Positions 12,632-25,607 of a stretch of 64,000 bases of DNA are shown here, one piece after another. Location: the NCBI RefSeq assembly GCF_004010195.1, contig NC_057723.1, forward strand, positions 31,211,654-31,275,653. The letters run 5' to 3'. The DNA is from Chiloscyllium plagiosum. Lineage: Eukaryota. The notes under the pieces were generated by a model that ran no database searches, had not been told where the DNA came from, and saw only the letters and a program-made list of their open reading frames with translations. A program made the translations under genes and the position numbers. Numbering within the stretch: the stretch's first letter is position 1; every line of letters begins with the position of its first letter.

Positions 12632-12848
12632 AGGAGAAAGTGACGACTGCAGATGCTGGAGATCAGAGCTGAAAATGTGTTGCTGGAAAAGCGCAGCAGG
12701 TCAGGCAGCATCCAAGGAAGAGGAGAATCGACGTTTCGGGCATAAGCCCTTCTTCAGGAATGAAGAAGGGCTTATGCCCGAAACGTCGATTCTCCTGTTC
12801 CTTGGATGCTGCCTGACCTGCTGCGCTTTTCCAGCAGCACATTTTCAG
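12632..12848 (-). mobile_element. PLE-derived palindromic element (family A), young
   Basis: Near-perfect inverted arms of ~85 bp; ~35-nt unpaired extension on the left; 15-bp TSD CAAATGAGTACTTTG (12617-12631, 12849-12863). Confidence 0.9.
12730..12757 (-). ncRNA. Minimal hammerhead ribozyme core
   Basis: Minus strand reads CUGAAGA-A-GGGC UUAU GCCC-GAAACGUC. Confidence 0.7.
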
Positions 12849-15172
12849 CAAATGAGTACTTTGCCCATCTTAGACATTATATTTGATAACATCTGCAAGA
12901 ATGTGAGTAAATTTCTCTTCAAGAAAGATGGGATAGAATTTTTAAAAAACTCGTAAATGCTCCTTGAAGGCTGCTGACATTATGTTTTTCAGGTCAACCA
13001 TAATTCCTCAGTAAGTACAAGCCATCTCATTATAAATTAGGATGATAATTTCCATTCGGATTTCTGATATTTGTCATTAATGTATGTTTCCAGCTACGTC
13101 TGTAACAGTCTATCACACTCACCGCTGTTCTACATGGTAATGGAGTTGTTCTAAATTAATTCAGATATTTAGGAACTTATAAGGTCCCAGCTGTCATCAT
13201 TTGGCAGTACAATAAGCAATTATGGGGAAATGAGACACGGTCATCATGTAAATGTACTTTTGGTCAAATATCGGAGTTATTGAGGGAAGAATCAAAATAA
13301 ATATATATTTTCAGTATAAATGAAATCATTTTCAAAATGATTGATGATGCTTTCAGATTGCTTGTTTGTATTTAAATTAATATGAAAAAGTTTGCATTTA
13401 TGATGAAAATATTAAGCCTTTAATTTCTCTGACTTTTCTCAGCATTTTTCTAAGCTTGTTGAGCCACATCTCTTTGCTAAGGCCTGAATTGGAAATGAGT
13501 CATGATGTAAACAAGCTCAAGAAAAATGGGGAGAAACATAAAGAAAAATGAAAGGCTATTTTTTTCTGAATGAGAAAAAGAGCATCATTTGGCCTGTTTT
13601 CAAGTCTGTCAGCCATGAGTTGACTATTTGGAGGAAGGGACCTAGTGAGACTCTGATTCACCCTACCCTAATTCAAAATCCCACTGCTCGTTTGGTCAAA
13701 ATTCCTTAATACAAATGCATGTTTAAAAAAACCATTTCATGGGCTAGAGCATCATGCAAATGTTCCACCAAAAATATTTTTATTTAAGTCTATAGAAGCA
13801 ACATTAGACTGACATTTCCATGAATGTTTACTCTGTCATGCGGAGTAAAAGTTTAGCTATATCTTTACTCTAAGAATAACTACTGTAAGGACCATAGTGA
13901 TATCTGATTCCTAGTCTGCAAGATTCCAGAAGCTGTTCTCTCTTATGACCCTATGTATAAAGTTGCGTTTAATAAAGAACGTTAATTTATACTCACCTCA
14001 ATGTAGACCTGGTCTTACCACATGTTCGCAGATGGTGCTCAGATGCATGGAATGGCAAGGAGCCGCTGAAGTGAAAGTCAACGATAGTATAGTGTCATGA
14101 GTGAAGAACAAGGCCATCCCAGCAATCCAATCCTAGAAATGGAGGAGAAACAGAAGGGAAAGTCAGGAGTGAGAGGAATAAATGAACAATGGACTTCAAT
14201 GGCCCACCATGGCAACAAATGAAAAACCATGCAAAAACCAAAAACAAATGTGTGGGAAAACTCACAGCAGGGAACACAGGAAGCAACAAAGAACTTATTT
14301 GGCCACAATGAGAAAAATATTACTGTGAACTGAAGATCTTTATGGAGATGGGAAAGGAAAGAGTATTTGGAGAGTCTGCATGTAGGAAGCATGTGAGGAA
14401 ACAAGGTGCATTCACTGTCATTTAGGGATTCCACAGGGAGGAGATATCCCCAGGCCAGCATCTTAAAGAATAATGAGTGCCAAGACAGAGCTGCAGCACA
14501 AAAAGGAATGCAGCCTACAAATTCTGCAAATATCCAGGCATTAGACAACACTATGGAGTAACACAATGATAACTTTGGCCTCCAGCTATTCACTGATCAG
14601 AATTTCACAGTAGGGCTAATATAAGCATTCAAATAAAAAAGATGGGTATTGATGCAGGTGGGTAAGTTGGTCTCTATGAGACTAAGAGAGACTGATGCAA
14701 TCCTTGAACTCAACTCACTCTGATCATGGAGGTGGGGGGACTAAGAGGGAATAACTAATAATATTGAGCTAGGGAAAGACCAATGTATTTTGGAATTTGG
14801 AACCAGCAGATGGACCTAGTCTTGATACGAATAGATACGATCATGCTGTCAGTGAATGGGTGTCTGCTACCAATAACATTGGATATTATATAAACAATAT
14901 TGATCTTGGAGACAGTACTGGCTATGTAGCCAGTATTATCGGCACACGGCACACCAGAAATGTGCATTATGGCACTAGACCATAGTGCTATATGCTGGTA
15001 CTGCCCTGACAGATTTGCTTTGTCTTCCCAGGGTTTAATAAACAAAACATAGACATAAAAGGCTGCATGGGGTGGGGAAAGTACTATTTGTGTAGCTGGA
15101 TGAGGGTGCATATGGCAACAGCATTCTCCAACAATCTGAAAGATATTTTATGAAGAATATAAATGAAATAGA

Positions 15173-15473
15173 CAATAGACAATAGATGCAGGAGTAGCCA
15201 TTCTGCCCTTCGAGCCTGCACCACCATTCAATATGATCATGGCTGATCATCCTTAATCAGTATCCTGTTCCTGCCTTATCTCCATAACCCTTGATTCCAC
15301 TATTCTTGAGAGCTCTATCCAACTCTTTCTTAAATGAATCCAGAGACTGGGCCTCCACTGCCCTCTGGGGCAGAGCATTCCACACAGTCACCACTCTCTG
15401 GGTGAAGATGTTTCTCCTCATCACTGTCCTAAATGGTCTCCCCCGTATTTTTAAGCTGTGTCCTCTGGTTCGG
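15173..15473 (-). mobile_element. CR1 3' end, same subfamily as 538-1869
   Basis: ORF 15257..15517 TRGHSLKIRGRPF...NIFTQRVVTVWNALP; TAGACAA tail repeat. Confidence 0.9.
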
Positions 15474-15502
15474 CAAATGCACAAACAATGCCAAAAAAAT
15501 AT

Positions 15503-15697
15503 AAAGTTAACAATCACACAACATCAGGTTATAGTCCAACAGGTTTATTTGAAAGCACTAGCTTTTGGAGCACTGCTCACCTGATGAAGGAGCAGTGCTC
15601 CAAAAGCTAGTGCTTCCAAATAAACCTGTTGGATTATAACCTGGCGTTGTGTGATTTTTAACTTTTTACATCCAAGTCCAACATTGGCATCTCCAAA
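15503..15697 (+). mobile_element. PLE-derived palindromic element (family B) with a hammerhead motif
   Basis: Arms 15503-15578 and 15590-15665; CAC-CTGATGA-AGGAGCAGTGCTCC-AAAAGCTA-GTG; ~30-nt unpaired 3' tail. Confidence 0.8.
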
Positions 15698-15999
15698 CCA
15701 GAAAATATACAATTACCAAAAGAAATACTCCCCCCAACCAAATGCTACTTATGGGTTGCCTTTTCTGCATTTGTTCAAGTCCAACATCTTTGCAAATTAT
15801 TACTGTGGACCCAAGCTTGTTCCTTGCACACCCCTTCTTTAGTCATGCCCCTGGAGCAGTGGTAACCAAAGCAAGTTGCAAATGGTGAGGAAAGAGGAAG
15901 GAATAATTAACAGCTGTGAATACTACAGAGTAATAAAGCAAATGGCACTAAGAAATGAAATATTGGTGAAGGATGCTGATCAAAGTATCAAGGTACATA

Positions 16000-17800
16000 G
16001 GTGAGTGCATAGTTGAAAGCCATTATTGTCTGTATTGAGCTCATATTTAACACCTTAATTGGAGAAAGTGGAGGTTTTGGCTCTGGGGAGTGGTCCATTT
16101 TAGTGAAGTGGGCACATCGCCTGCCATAGATGGATCTGTTTCTTCATATCTTGTAGCTTCATCCAGCAGCAGCCAAGGTCCTTGTAAATATTAAGTTCAT
16201 CTTTGAAATATGAACAGTCTTCCATTGCCACTCTATTATCTGCAGTGTGGCTGTTACACCAGTTGGGGAAAAAATATAGATTCCCACTTTGGAAGCCTGG
16301 AAATTATAGTCTAAATTTATATTGAGCACTTGCATACAGATTAAATGCTTTGGAGTCAGAGAACTGATAAGAAAATACTATCCTTAGCCAGCCTCTATGA
16401 TATAATAGGTACTTACAATTCATTAGTTGGTGCAGTGTGAACGAGAATAACTGTCATCTCAGCAATGAGAGTATAGAGGCTCTCTGCTTAAGCACTAGAC
16501 TCTGCCTGTGCCAGTTAATGCAGCCAAAGGTTCATTGGCACTGCATTGGTCTGACCAATGCTTTGGCTGATGGGACCCATGGTCTGTAGATAACAGAATA
16601 CAAAAAAGAAGGTTCTGGACCCAGTTGCTGCACTCTAAAGCAAGAAATAAAAGGAACAAAAACTGTCCACTCAGTGGACAGCACTGCTGCCTCATAGAGC
16701 TTGAGACCTGGGTTCAATTCCCACCTCGGGCAACTGACTGTGTGGAATTTGCACATTCTCCCCGTGTCTGCGTGGGTTTCCTCTGGGTGCTCCGGTTTCC
16801 TCCCACAGTCCAACGATGTGCAGGTTAGGTGAATTGGCCATGATAAATTGCCCATAGTGTCCAGGGACATGTAGGCTAGGTGGATTAGCCATGGGAAATG
16901 CAGTGTTAAAGGGGTAAGGGAAGGATCTGGGTGGGCTATACTTCAGAAAGTCGATGTGGTGAATGGTCTGCTTTCACACTTTTGTGCCTCTATGATCTGG
17001 TGATCAAGTAGCTTTTACTGTGTGCAGCTCAGGAGGTGCTCCTGAGGCAAGTGAGGTCCTGCAGCTGGTCCTTTCAGTCCTGGAGGTGATGGACCAGGCC
17101 TGTGCCTGTGCAATTCACAGTTCAGGGCCATCACCATCAGCATGAGGACTTCCTCCTCTACTTCAATCTGTCCATCAAGTTCTGCAGCTGCTGCTTCTAG
17201 ATGCTCTCTGTTCGGCCTTCAGTAAACAAAAAAAAGTTAAAACTTTCATTTTTAAAACCATGGTGAGGTGTGCAGTTCTGCACACCACGTGTCATTTGCA
17301 CTGATTTGTCTTTGAACTTCTGCAATACCATATCTCAAATTGTAACATCTTCAAACAATTGAATGAATGGCTTGAACAACTCTGGTTGCACACATGGCCT
17401 CCAATGTGCTCTTCACTGACATGGTTGTGCTCAGGTTGTAGCCATCATCAGCTCTTTCTGACTCCACACAGCTATCTTAGTTGGGATAGCAACCTGTCCT
17501 CAGTCCTTTCTGTCCTTGTTGCTTTGCAGGATGCTACAGATGGGAAGCAGAAAAGCTATAATGATCAATGGTGTTGCTATTGATACACACTGCTATTTTG
17601 AAAGATCTGGCTTATCTGCAAGCAATATGATTTGTGCTTTGTAGATCATCAGGGATCCACATGTATCCCATGAGGTCACAGTTCTCTGACTTGGGAACAC
17701 TCACCTGAATTCCACTGAACCATTCGCCATGCTACAATTGTGAAGCTCCAACTTGAATTTGTTAGTTGTTTCGAATGGACACATACCTGGAAATCCCAGC
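16000..17800 (-). mobile_element. Heavily decayed PIF/Harbinger relic
   Basis: Minus-strand GFPG-like (~17790) and VVC..HL-like (~17280) traces; weak. Confidence 0.35.
16672..16995 (+). mobile_element. HE1-type SINE
   Basis: GCACTGCTGCCTCA...GGGTTCAATTCC...GGTGCTCCGGTTTCCTCCCACAGTCCAA. Confidence 0.85.
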
Positions 17801-18496
17801 CTTCAACTGCGATCGTTCTATGCGAAAGTGGTGAAATAACCAGAATTACATCACTGTAACCAACTAGCTATTCCAATTAAAAGAATGTACATACCAATGT
17901 AAATACTACCTTTCCTACAATATATTACTTATGCTTGGATTTCAATACAGCTTCTGCCGAGGTCAAGAAAAAATAACTCAGTTTCATACAATCAGACATT
18001 TAAAACCTTGCCAATCATTCAGCATTACAGGTTGCTATTGACCAAACAGAATCTTAATGGGAAAGGCACTGTCTCAACAACTAGATGAAATTTACTGCAT
18101 GCTAGTAATAGGTACAAATTACACTAACTAGTCAGACATAATGATAAAGACTGTCAGGAGCCAGAGATGATATGTTTGGCTCCATGGTGACGTTGGGCTA
18201 GACTATGTCTTCTCTCCCCAGAGAGGATGTGACTTCAGCAGATTGTGTGAAGCTTAGTACTACTTCAGTATTAACTGTTTCAGAACCATTATCTTCCTCA
18301 AGAAGTACTGGGTGGATAAATGGTTAGGGCACCAGATATGTCAGTGGATAGTGTGCCAAGTTGGTCAGGAGTTAAAATATCACGTCAGGTAGCAGCAGGG
18401 TAAGGGATTAGGGTTGCAGATGGGTGATGGGGTATGGTGATAGAAGGGTGTGGAAGGGATTAGAATGCCATGTTGGTGAAAAGGTAGAGTGATAGC

Positions 18497-18541
18497 TGGC
18501 TGACGGCATGTCATGGCTGACGGCATGTCATGACTGACGGG
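18497..18541. repeat. 17-bp tandem repeat, about 2.5 copies
   Basis: GGCTGACGGCATGTCAT repeated. Confidence 0.85.
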
Positions 18542-20572
18542 TGGGTGAAAGATGATTGCCATTCTGTGGAAGCTCTTGGCCCAGATCTGTCAATTTGTTG
18601 AGCAGTTTTCCATATGATAGGTTGTCAATACCTCAATGCAAAGCTTTACATTCTTGTTTCGCTATATGTCTTGGCATGTTATCAAATATTCTACTAACTT
18701 GTTAATTTAATCTGAGATAATAAAGTGGAAATCTTGGGTTGTGGTGAAAACAAATTGCATCATCTAAAACAATTTTCTAAATCAGTTATTTCGTTTTCTA
18801 AATCCAAGATGAATTTTGTCAATTAGCTCTAATCTCTGTGAAGGTTATGTCTTATTTTGCTTGGTATTTTGTTCAGGTTTTTGACTCGGGATATTAATGT
18901 CAGACTAATTAGTTTAATTATTAAAGGTGATGTTATTTCTTTTTGCAAGCTTTTGAATTGAACCTTCAAAGATAGAAAATCTGTAAAAAGGATTCTAAAA
19001 CTCAGATCTAATCTTGTTTACTTTGCATCACAATTACCTGAGGAGAGTGATATCTGTGTAAAAGTAGGTTATTTAACATGCACTGTAATGCAAGTGTAAA
19101 AGATGCAAATTATAAAGTCACAAGAGAAGCAAGGATTAAACTGTTTTTTTCTCTCTGAGTAATACTTTTGTAGAATGGCTCCCATGACAACATCTAATTC
19201 TAGTAGAACCACAGAAATTTCAGGCTCAGGCCAGAATCGAAAATTGGAGAGATTATTTAGATTGATATGTATAAGTGTTCCCTGGGAGACGACTCCAATG
19301 CTTCAAAGAGGGGTGAGGATGAATTACCATTTTTGAAGGATTTGCAGTCAAAAATGACTGTTTAGAAATGTTGCTTAATGAGACTATACTCAAGCTGAAT
19401 TTTCTCTTTGGTGAATAAGTCACTGTAATAGGTAGCAAGATAAATTGTGAATGGAATCAACTACATAGGCTACATACAATCTTATTGAGATTTTCAAGCA
19501 ACTTTATGTTCTTAATGATAATTGTGTTATTCCTTTCACTATTTTAATAATGGAGATTCAGTGATGTTAATGTATTGAATATCGAGGTGTGGGATGGGCA
19601 GGTACTATCTTGTTGGAGATAGAAATTGCCTGGCACCTACGTAATATGAATGCTATTTGTCACTTAGGAGCCCATGCCTGGATATCTTTCAGCTCTTTCT
19701 GCATATGGACATGCTTCAGTGTCTGAAGAATGACAAATGTTGCTGAGTATGCTACAATCTACAATGAACATCCTGATTTATGACCATGTGGCAGAGAGAG
19801 AGAAGGCCCCTGAAGAAACCCCTGAAGATGCCTGAAAGTTTCCCTTTTTGATACCAAAAAAAATTGCAGAAATTCGCTGAACACAGCCTACATTAAATAA
19901 AACAGACATTATGAAAAAAAAATACTCCAGAAGTGCCATTTAGACCATAAGCAATTTGTTCATTTTTCTATGACTTCCCTGTTGCCACACTTGATTCTTC
20001 AGCTGGTTTCAGAAACACTTTTGAAACTTTTCATCCTACAAAAACAGGACTTGGTATGTCAATTCATCTACACCATCACAAATATGTGGTAAATGGGCTA
20101 AATAAGGCCTTAAGAATTACTTTGCCCATTGTGGGGCATTTGTAACACTCAATCGCTCTTCAAAATCCAGAACAAGTAACTTTGGTTTATTAAGATAAAT
20201 TCTTTCAGCCCAGATCCTTTCCACACAAATCAGTCAATGTATCAAGACTGAATGTTTCTAATTGATGCTCCAATTAAATTCCAAATTACTCCCTGTGAAT
20301 TATTTTTTGTTTTGACTCATGTATTAGTATTTTGCCTGAACTTCATGGTCATGAAAACTTTTGCTTCTGATTCTCTCTCAATATTGTTCTGTAACCCCGC
20401 TTTAGTTGTAGAATCTATTCAAACTGTTCCCCAATGACTTTTCTGGGGATGAAGTTGGCATTCAGAAAATTCTGTCAGTGAAACTTACTAACACAGAGAA
20501 TGATTAAAGTAAATATAGTATTTACTTCAACAGACATATAAGGGAGAAGAGAACAGTAACCAGAATCGATTT

Positions 20573-21316
20573 TGTGAAGACAGTGTGGCTTTGAGAGATA
20601 TATTTTGACCTGGTTTCTTTTCAGAGAGAATACACTGCCAACTTTAGGGGCATTTAAATGGTCATTAGATAAGCATATGGACGAGAATGCAATAGTTTAG
20701 GTTAGGTGGGCTTCAAATTGGTTCCACAGGTCGGTGCAACATCGGGTCTGTACTGCACAGTAATGTTCTATGTTCTATAGATTGAATGAGAGGTAATGTA
20801 AACAGCTTATGCAGTCTTTTTTTTAAGTTGGAACAATAGAAGCAGCCTAGATGGGTGTGACCAGGTCTCCCAGACCATCATTTCTAGATCGTTTTTAGCT
20901 TTTACATTCAGCAGAAGTAGAAGCTATTTTTCCCTCTCGAGTACAGCTAGAAGCTGGGCTGTCTCTTGTTACTGTGGGAATTGCATGCAAAAAAAATCTG
21001 ATTTCTGAATTTGCCTTTTTGTCAATGGGTGTACTTGTGGGATGTTACTATATTTGAACAATTAATTAGTAATAGTTACTGTATCCATTATTCTGTTAAG
21101 TTTTCCAATAAAGTTAAGTTATTCTAAGTTCTTCCTTCATTTGTGCTATTTTAACTGTAGTGTTTGAATAAGTTGTTTTGCTCAATGCTGAGTAGTTTGA
21201 CAAGTCGAATTACATCTGGAACACAGCACTTTACATTTGCCTTTAAAATAAGAAAAAACTAGCATCTAGGCTACCTTCTTAAAATATTTTGAGAGGGTCT
21301 GGTCTAGTCCATAACA
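20573..21316. mobile_element. Solo LTR (Gypsy-like), with a CR1 tail inserted at ~20640-20778
   Basis: TGTGA...TAACA termini and 4-bp TSD ATTT (20569-20572, 21317-21320). Confidence 0.7.
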
Positions 21317-22530
21317 ATTTAGATGAGGAAAAATGGAAGGAGGTTTGATTGTTGAACCATTTAGACTAATTTTCATGCTGAATGTCCTAAGCAATCATGT
21401 CAGCAATTTTCTGTATATTCCTCAGGAAAGCTTGCACAATTTTGTCAGTTGTGTGAAATCTGTTTTATCTGGTAAGGGCCATGGTTAGTCAAAGGGTTAG
21501 ACGGTGCTCATCATTTTTGGTTCTATTTGAAGAATGTTTGAAAAATCCAATGTATAGATAAAAACATAAAGCAACCAGGAGGCAGCAACATAGAGTTCAA
21601 CAATGGGTTTCAGGTAAATTAATGGACAGTATTCAACATAGAAGCTCCTTTTTTTTATACTAATCAAGCTGTATATTATGGACACCACAACCACCTTTCC
21701 CCCTTGCTGAAAAGTCAGGGAATGCTGATGGTTGCAAGACTTTAACTCCTCTCTTGGGAACAAGTCAGAATTGGGTGGCCATCGACTCTGCTGTTGGAGG
21801 AGCAGCAGCTGGGAGCAGTGTTCTTGGTTGGAACTACTCACAGTTCCACTAAGCTGAAGAGACCAAATAAATCTGAGTCTGAGATCTTGGTGTTGGTGAG
21901 GGAGGGACAAAGATGTTCATGCGTTTGGTTCAGGGGGCTGAGTTAAAGTGAGTATGACCTGGGGGGAGGCGGAGGGAGCATCTCTGATCAACCTGGAGAT
22001 CTATCCCTATCCCATCACTCTTTCCCAATACCAACGCATGAAGTCAAATATACTGAGCTTCCTACATGATGCGAACATTCCATCATTATGGATAAACCAC
22101 CAGCAAAGGTATGATTGGCCACCAATGGAACAGTATATACCCAAGGGTGGCTTGAACTCCTGATGCCTTCCCAGCCGCTTCCCTCAGAGAGGCGGAGTAC
22201 TCCAAACTGGGAGTGTAAAAGATTCTGTGGCGTGGAATTTTAAGACCACTTCAGCCTTCAAATCTGCCGAGCCACTTTGCTCCTTGAGATGTTTGAGTCA
22301 CTGTGGTAATATATGCATTTTTATATTTAATATGTTTCACATGTGGTAACCTGAAGTAATGGATATTGTGGTGGATGCTCTAATTTCTTTTCACATTACC
22401 TGGCCAAGCATCTCTCATACTCTTACTGCCTGTTATTGGAATATATTAGAAGGGTTTAACAAGTTGCTGTTCAATCAGCAGGCTACCTCCCTTGGCCATT
22501 ATGTGCTGGAGTGAGACTTGAACCTGGAGT

Positions 22531-23137
22531 TAGACCATAAAATATAGGAGTAGAATTAGGCCATCCAGTCCACTGAGTCTGCTCCATAATTCGATCATCG
22601 CTGATGTGTTTTTACATCCCATTATGCTTCTAAACCCCATTGTTCTATCTTCTCACCATAACCTTTGATCCCCTTACTAATCAATAGCCCACTTTTCTCT
22701 CTTAAAGACACTCAATCACTTGGTAACCACAATGATTATGAGGCAATGAATTCCGTAGATTCACCACCCTCAGAATGAAGAAATTCCTCCTCATCTCAGT
22801 TCTAAAAGGTCGTCCCGTCACTCTGAGGCTGTGCCCTCAGTCCTACTTTCTTTCACTAGTGGAAACATGTGCTTTATGTTCACTCAATCCAGGCCTCTCA
22901 GTATTCTGTAAGTTTCAATCAAATACCCACTCATCCTTCTAAACTCCATCCAATACAGAGCCAGAGCCCTTAACCGCTCCTCATATGACAAGTCCTTCAT
23001 CCCTGGGATTACTCTTGTAAATCTCTTCTAACACCCCTCCTCGGCCAGACCATCTTTCCTTAGATATAGGGCCCAAAACTATTCACCATATTTCAGAAGT
23101 GTTCTAATCAGAGCCTTAAAGAGTCTCAGCAGTATAT
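22531..23137 (-). mobile_element. CR1 3' fragment inserted into a tRNA-SINE remnant
   Basis: Reverse complement gives GHSLRV and RRNFFI motifs; SINE B-box (TTGAACC) at ~22520, continuing at ~23370. Confidence 0.8.
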
Positions 23138-23353
23138 CTTCGAGGAGAAAGTGAGGTCTGCAGATGCTGGAGATCAAAGTTGAAACTTTATTGCTGGAAC
23201 AGCACAGCAGGTCAGGCAGCATCCAGGGAACAGGAGATTCGACGTTTCGGGCACAGGCCCTTCCTGAAGAAGGGCCTGTGCCCGAAACGTCGAATCTCCT
23301 GTTCCCTGGATGCTGCCTGACCTGCTGTGCTGTTCCAGCAATAAAGTTTCAAC
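23138..23353 (-). mobile_element. PLE-derived palindromic element (family A), young
   Basis: Perfect inverted arms of ~85 bp; 14-bp TSD TCTCAGCAGTATAT (23124-23137, 23354-23367). Confidence 0.9.
23261..23294 (+). ncRNA. Minimal hammerhead ribozyme
   Basis: UUC-CUGAAGA-A-GGGC CUGU GCCC-GAAACGUC-GAA; helix I UUC/GAA. Confidence 0.72.
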
Positions 23354-23689
23354 TCTCAGCAGTATATTTCTACTGGCAGAGATGCTCCCCACTGTGCTAC
23401 AGAATCTCTTAGTTCAGACTGTACTAACTTAAATCTTCTCAAATATTTGTGACGTCCATCATACAACATACTTTACCTCCCTAAATTCAGGAGCAATATA
23501 ACTAAACATTGCTGTCTATGTTAACTGTAAAAGGTAAAATTTTACAAAAAAGCTATATCACACCACACCTCGATAATTCACTTTGCCCCTTAAATCACTT
23601 ATGGCCATTGCATTTGTTCACCATAATGTAAATAGCATTTCTCAACTAGTTTACAACTTTCTATCCCTGTGGCAATGTGTATTTATTTT

Positions 23690-24200
23690 GTGCCTTTGAA
23701 GTAATCAACTATCTCAAACTGCTTCACAGGAGTGTTACCAATTAAAGTGGAACATTGAACCACAAAAGGATATATAAGGGCAGCGAACCAAAAGCCTAGT
23801 CAAAAAGTTTTATGCAGCACCATAGGGAGGACAAAGAGCTAAAGAGATGGAAGTGGTGAAGGATGGGATTCAAGGACTTAAGACTTCGTTGAAGCCATCA
23901 CAAGCAAAGTGATTAGAATCAAAGACACTCAAGTGTCTCAAATGCAGATCTGTAATTCTGGTTTCCTGTTCCCATGTCCCATGCTCTAGAATAACAACAA
24001 AATGTCTCTGTGTGTTTACCTGGCAGACTCCTTTCAGTTGCTCCTTAAAATCAACCTCTTTAATTAAGCCTGTGGCCATTTTACCTAATATGCCATTTTT
24101 GTGTCTCTGTGCCATGCTTTGTTTTATAATGCTCCTGTGAAGTGCCTTGGGTCATTTCAATATTTTAAAATACTACATGAATAAACGTTGTCTTTGTTGT
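23690..24200. mobile_element. Two L2-like 3' ends in opposite orientation
   Basis: GCTCCTGTGAAGTGCCTTGGG at ~24130 and its reverse complement GCTTCACAGGAG at ~23720. Confidence 0.55.
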
Positions 24201-24939
24201 AAAAAGTTGCACAAGTCTATGACAGACTGTCTGGAGGAGCATATGTTTCTGACACAGCTACTCAGAAAAATTACAGGAACCTGATTCAGGGTCTGTATAG
24301 CCAATGAACTGGGTAAAGATGCATGTAAGCAATGTTTCTCATTATTTCTATTCTCCAGGTCCAACTGCAGCTCCTTAAAGTTACCAGGTTCCCTGTTGCT
24401 GCTATTCCAGACCTTCCATTGTTCTTTTTCTAACCACACACTAGAATTCCCATGTTCCAAGAATATTCAACATCTCATATTTTGGCTTCACCTTGAGCTT
24501 CAATGAAAGCAAAACACTTCAGATGTTGGAAATTGGAAAACAAAAACAAAGTGCTGGAGAAACTCAGAAGGTCTGGCAGCGTCCGTGGAGCAAGAAATAA
24601 AGTTCATATTTCAAACCCTCTTCAGAAATCCAAAGTTAAATTCAGGGGCCCAAACTGTACACAGTGCTCTGGGTGTGGTCTCTCCAAAACTCTACAGTTA
24701 TAACAAGACTTCTTGATTTTTAAACTTGAACTCTTAGCGATAGAGCCAAAATTCAATTTGCCTTCTGAATTGCTTACTGCATTTGCATTCTTAGTTTTTG
24801 CTTCATTCACAAGTTCCAGATTTGTGTCCAAACAATATTCAGGTTTGGGGGTGACAAGGAATATTTGCCGCACACAAATACCAGGTGATATACTAGCGGT
24901 TATCATTCGCCAGAAACTCCACTGGACTCACCATAGAAA

Positions 24940-25540
24940 CACAGTGTTTCAAAGAGCTGATCAGAAGCTAGGAATTCTGCAATAAATAACTCATCACCTG
25001 ACTCCCCAAATCCTGTCCACCATCTACAAGCCACATTTCAGGGGTGTAATGGAATGCTCCTCACTTGCCTGAATGAGTATAGCTCCAATAACACTCAAGA
25101 AGCTGACACCATCCAGGACAAAGCAGCCCATTTGATAGGCACCACATTCACAAATATTCTGTCCATCCACGATCGACTAGCAGTGCGTAGCATTCAGAAG
25201 ATGCACTTCAGAAATTCTCCAAGGCTCATTAGACAGCACTTTCCAAATCCTTGGCCACTTCCATTGAGAAGGATAAGGACAGCAGATATATGGGGACATC
25301 ACCATTTTCAAGTTCTCCTCCAAGCAACATACCATGGAAATATAATGTTGTGCCTTAGAGTTAATGGACCAAAATCCAGAAAATCCCTCTCTAATGGTAT
25401 TTATATATATTCACTGCACATAGACTGCAGTAATTCAAGAAGGCAGCTCATCACCATCTTCTCAAGAGTGACTAGGGATGGGAAATAAATATTAGTCTAG
25501 ACAGGGATGGCCATATTACCTGAATGAAACAGAAAAACAG
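24940..25540 (+). mobile_element. CR1/L2-clade LINE 3' end of a distinct old family
   Basis: ORF 25054..25488 DTIQDKAAHLIG...SIHDR; A-rich end. Confidence 0.6.
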
Positions 25541-25607
25541 GAACATCCAGATCCTGTGTTGCACTCCCGGCATTTGAATATTAATTTGCCTTTAAATTGT
25601 TCATTCC

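Noticed and set aside
12632-12848. Palindromes as MITEs or pre-miRNAs
   Set aside because: Variable 12-16 bp TSDs, an asymmetric tail and the hammerhead core fit PLE retrotransposition; near-identical ORFs on both strands simply reflect the palindrome
14078-14593. 171-aa ORF
   Set aside because: Antisense of purine-rich sequence, with no recognisable domain
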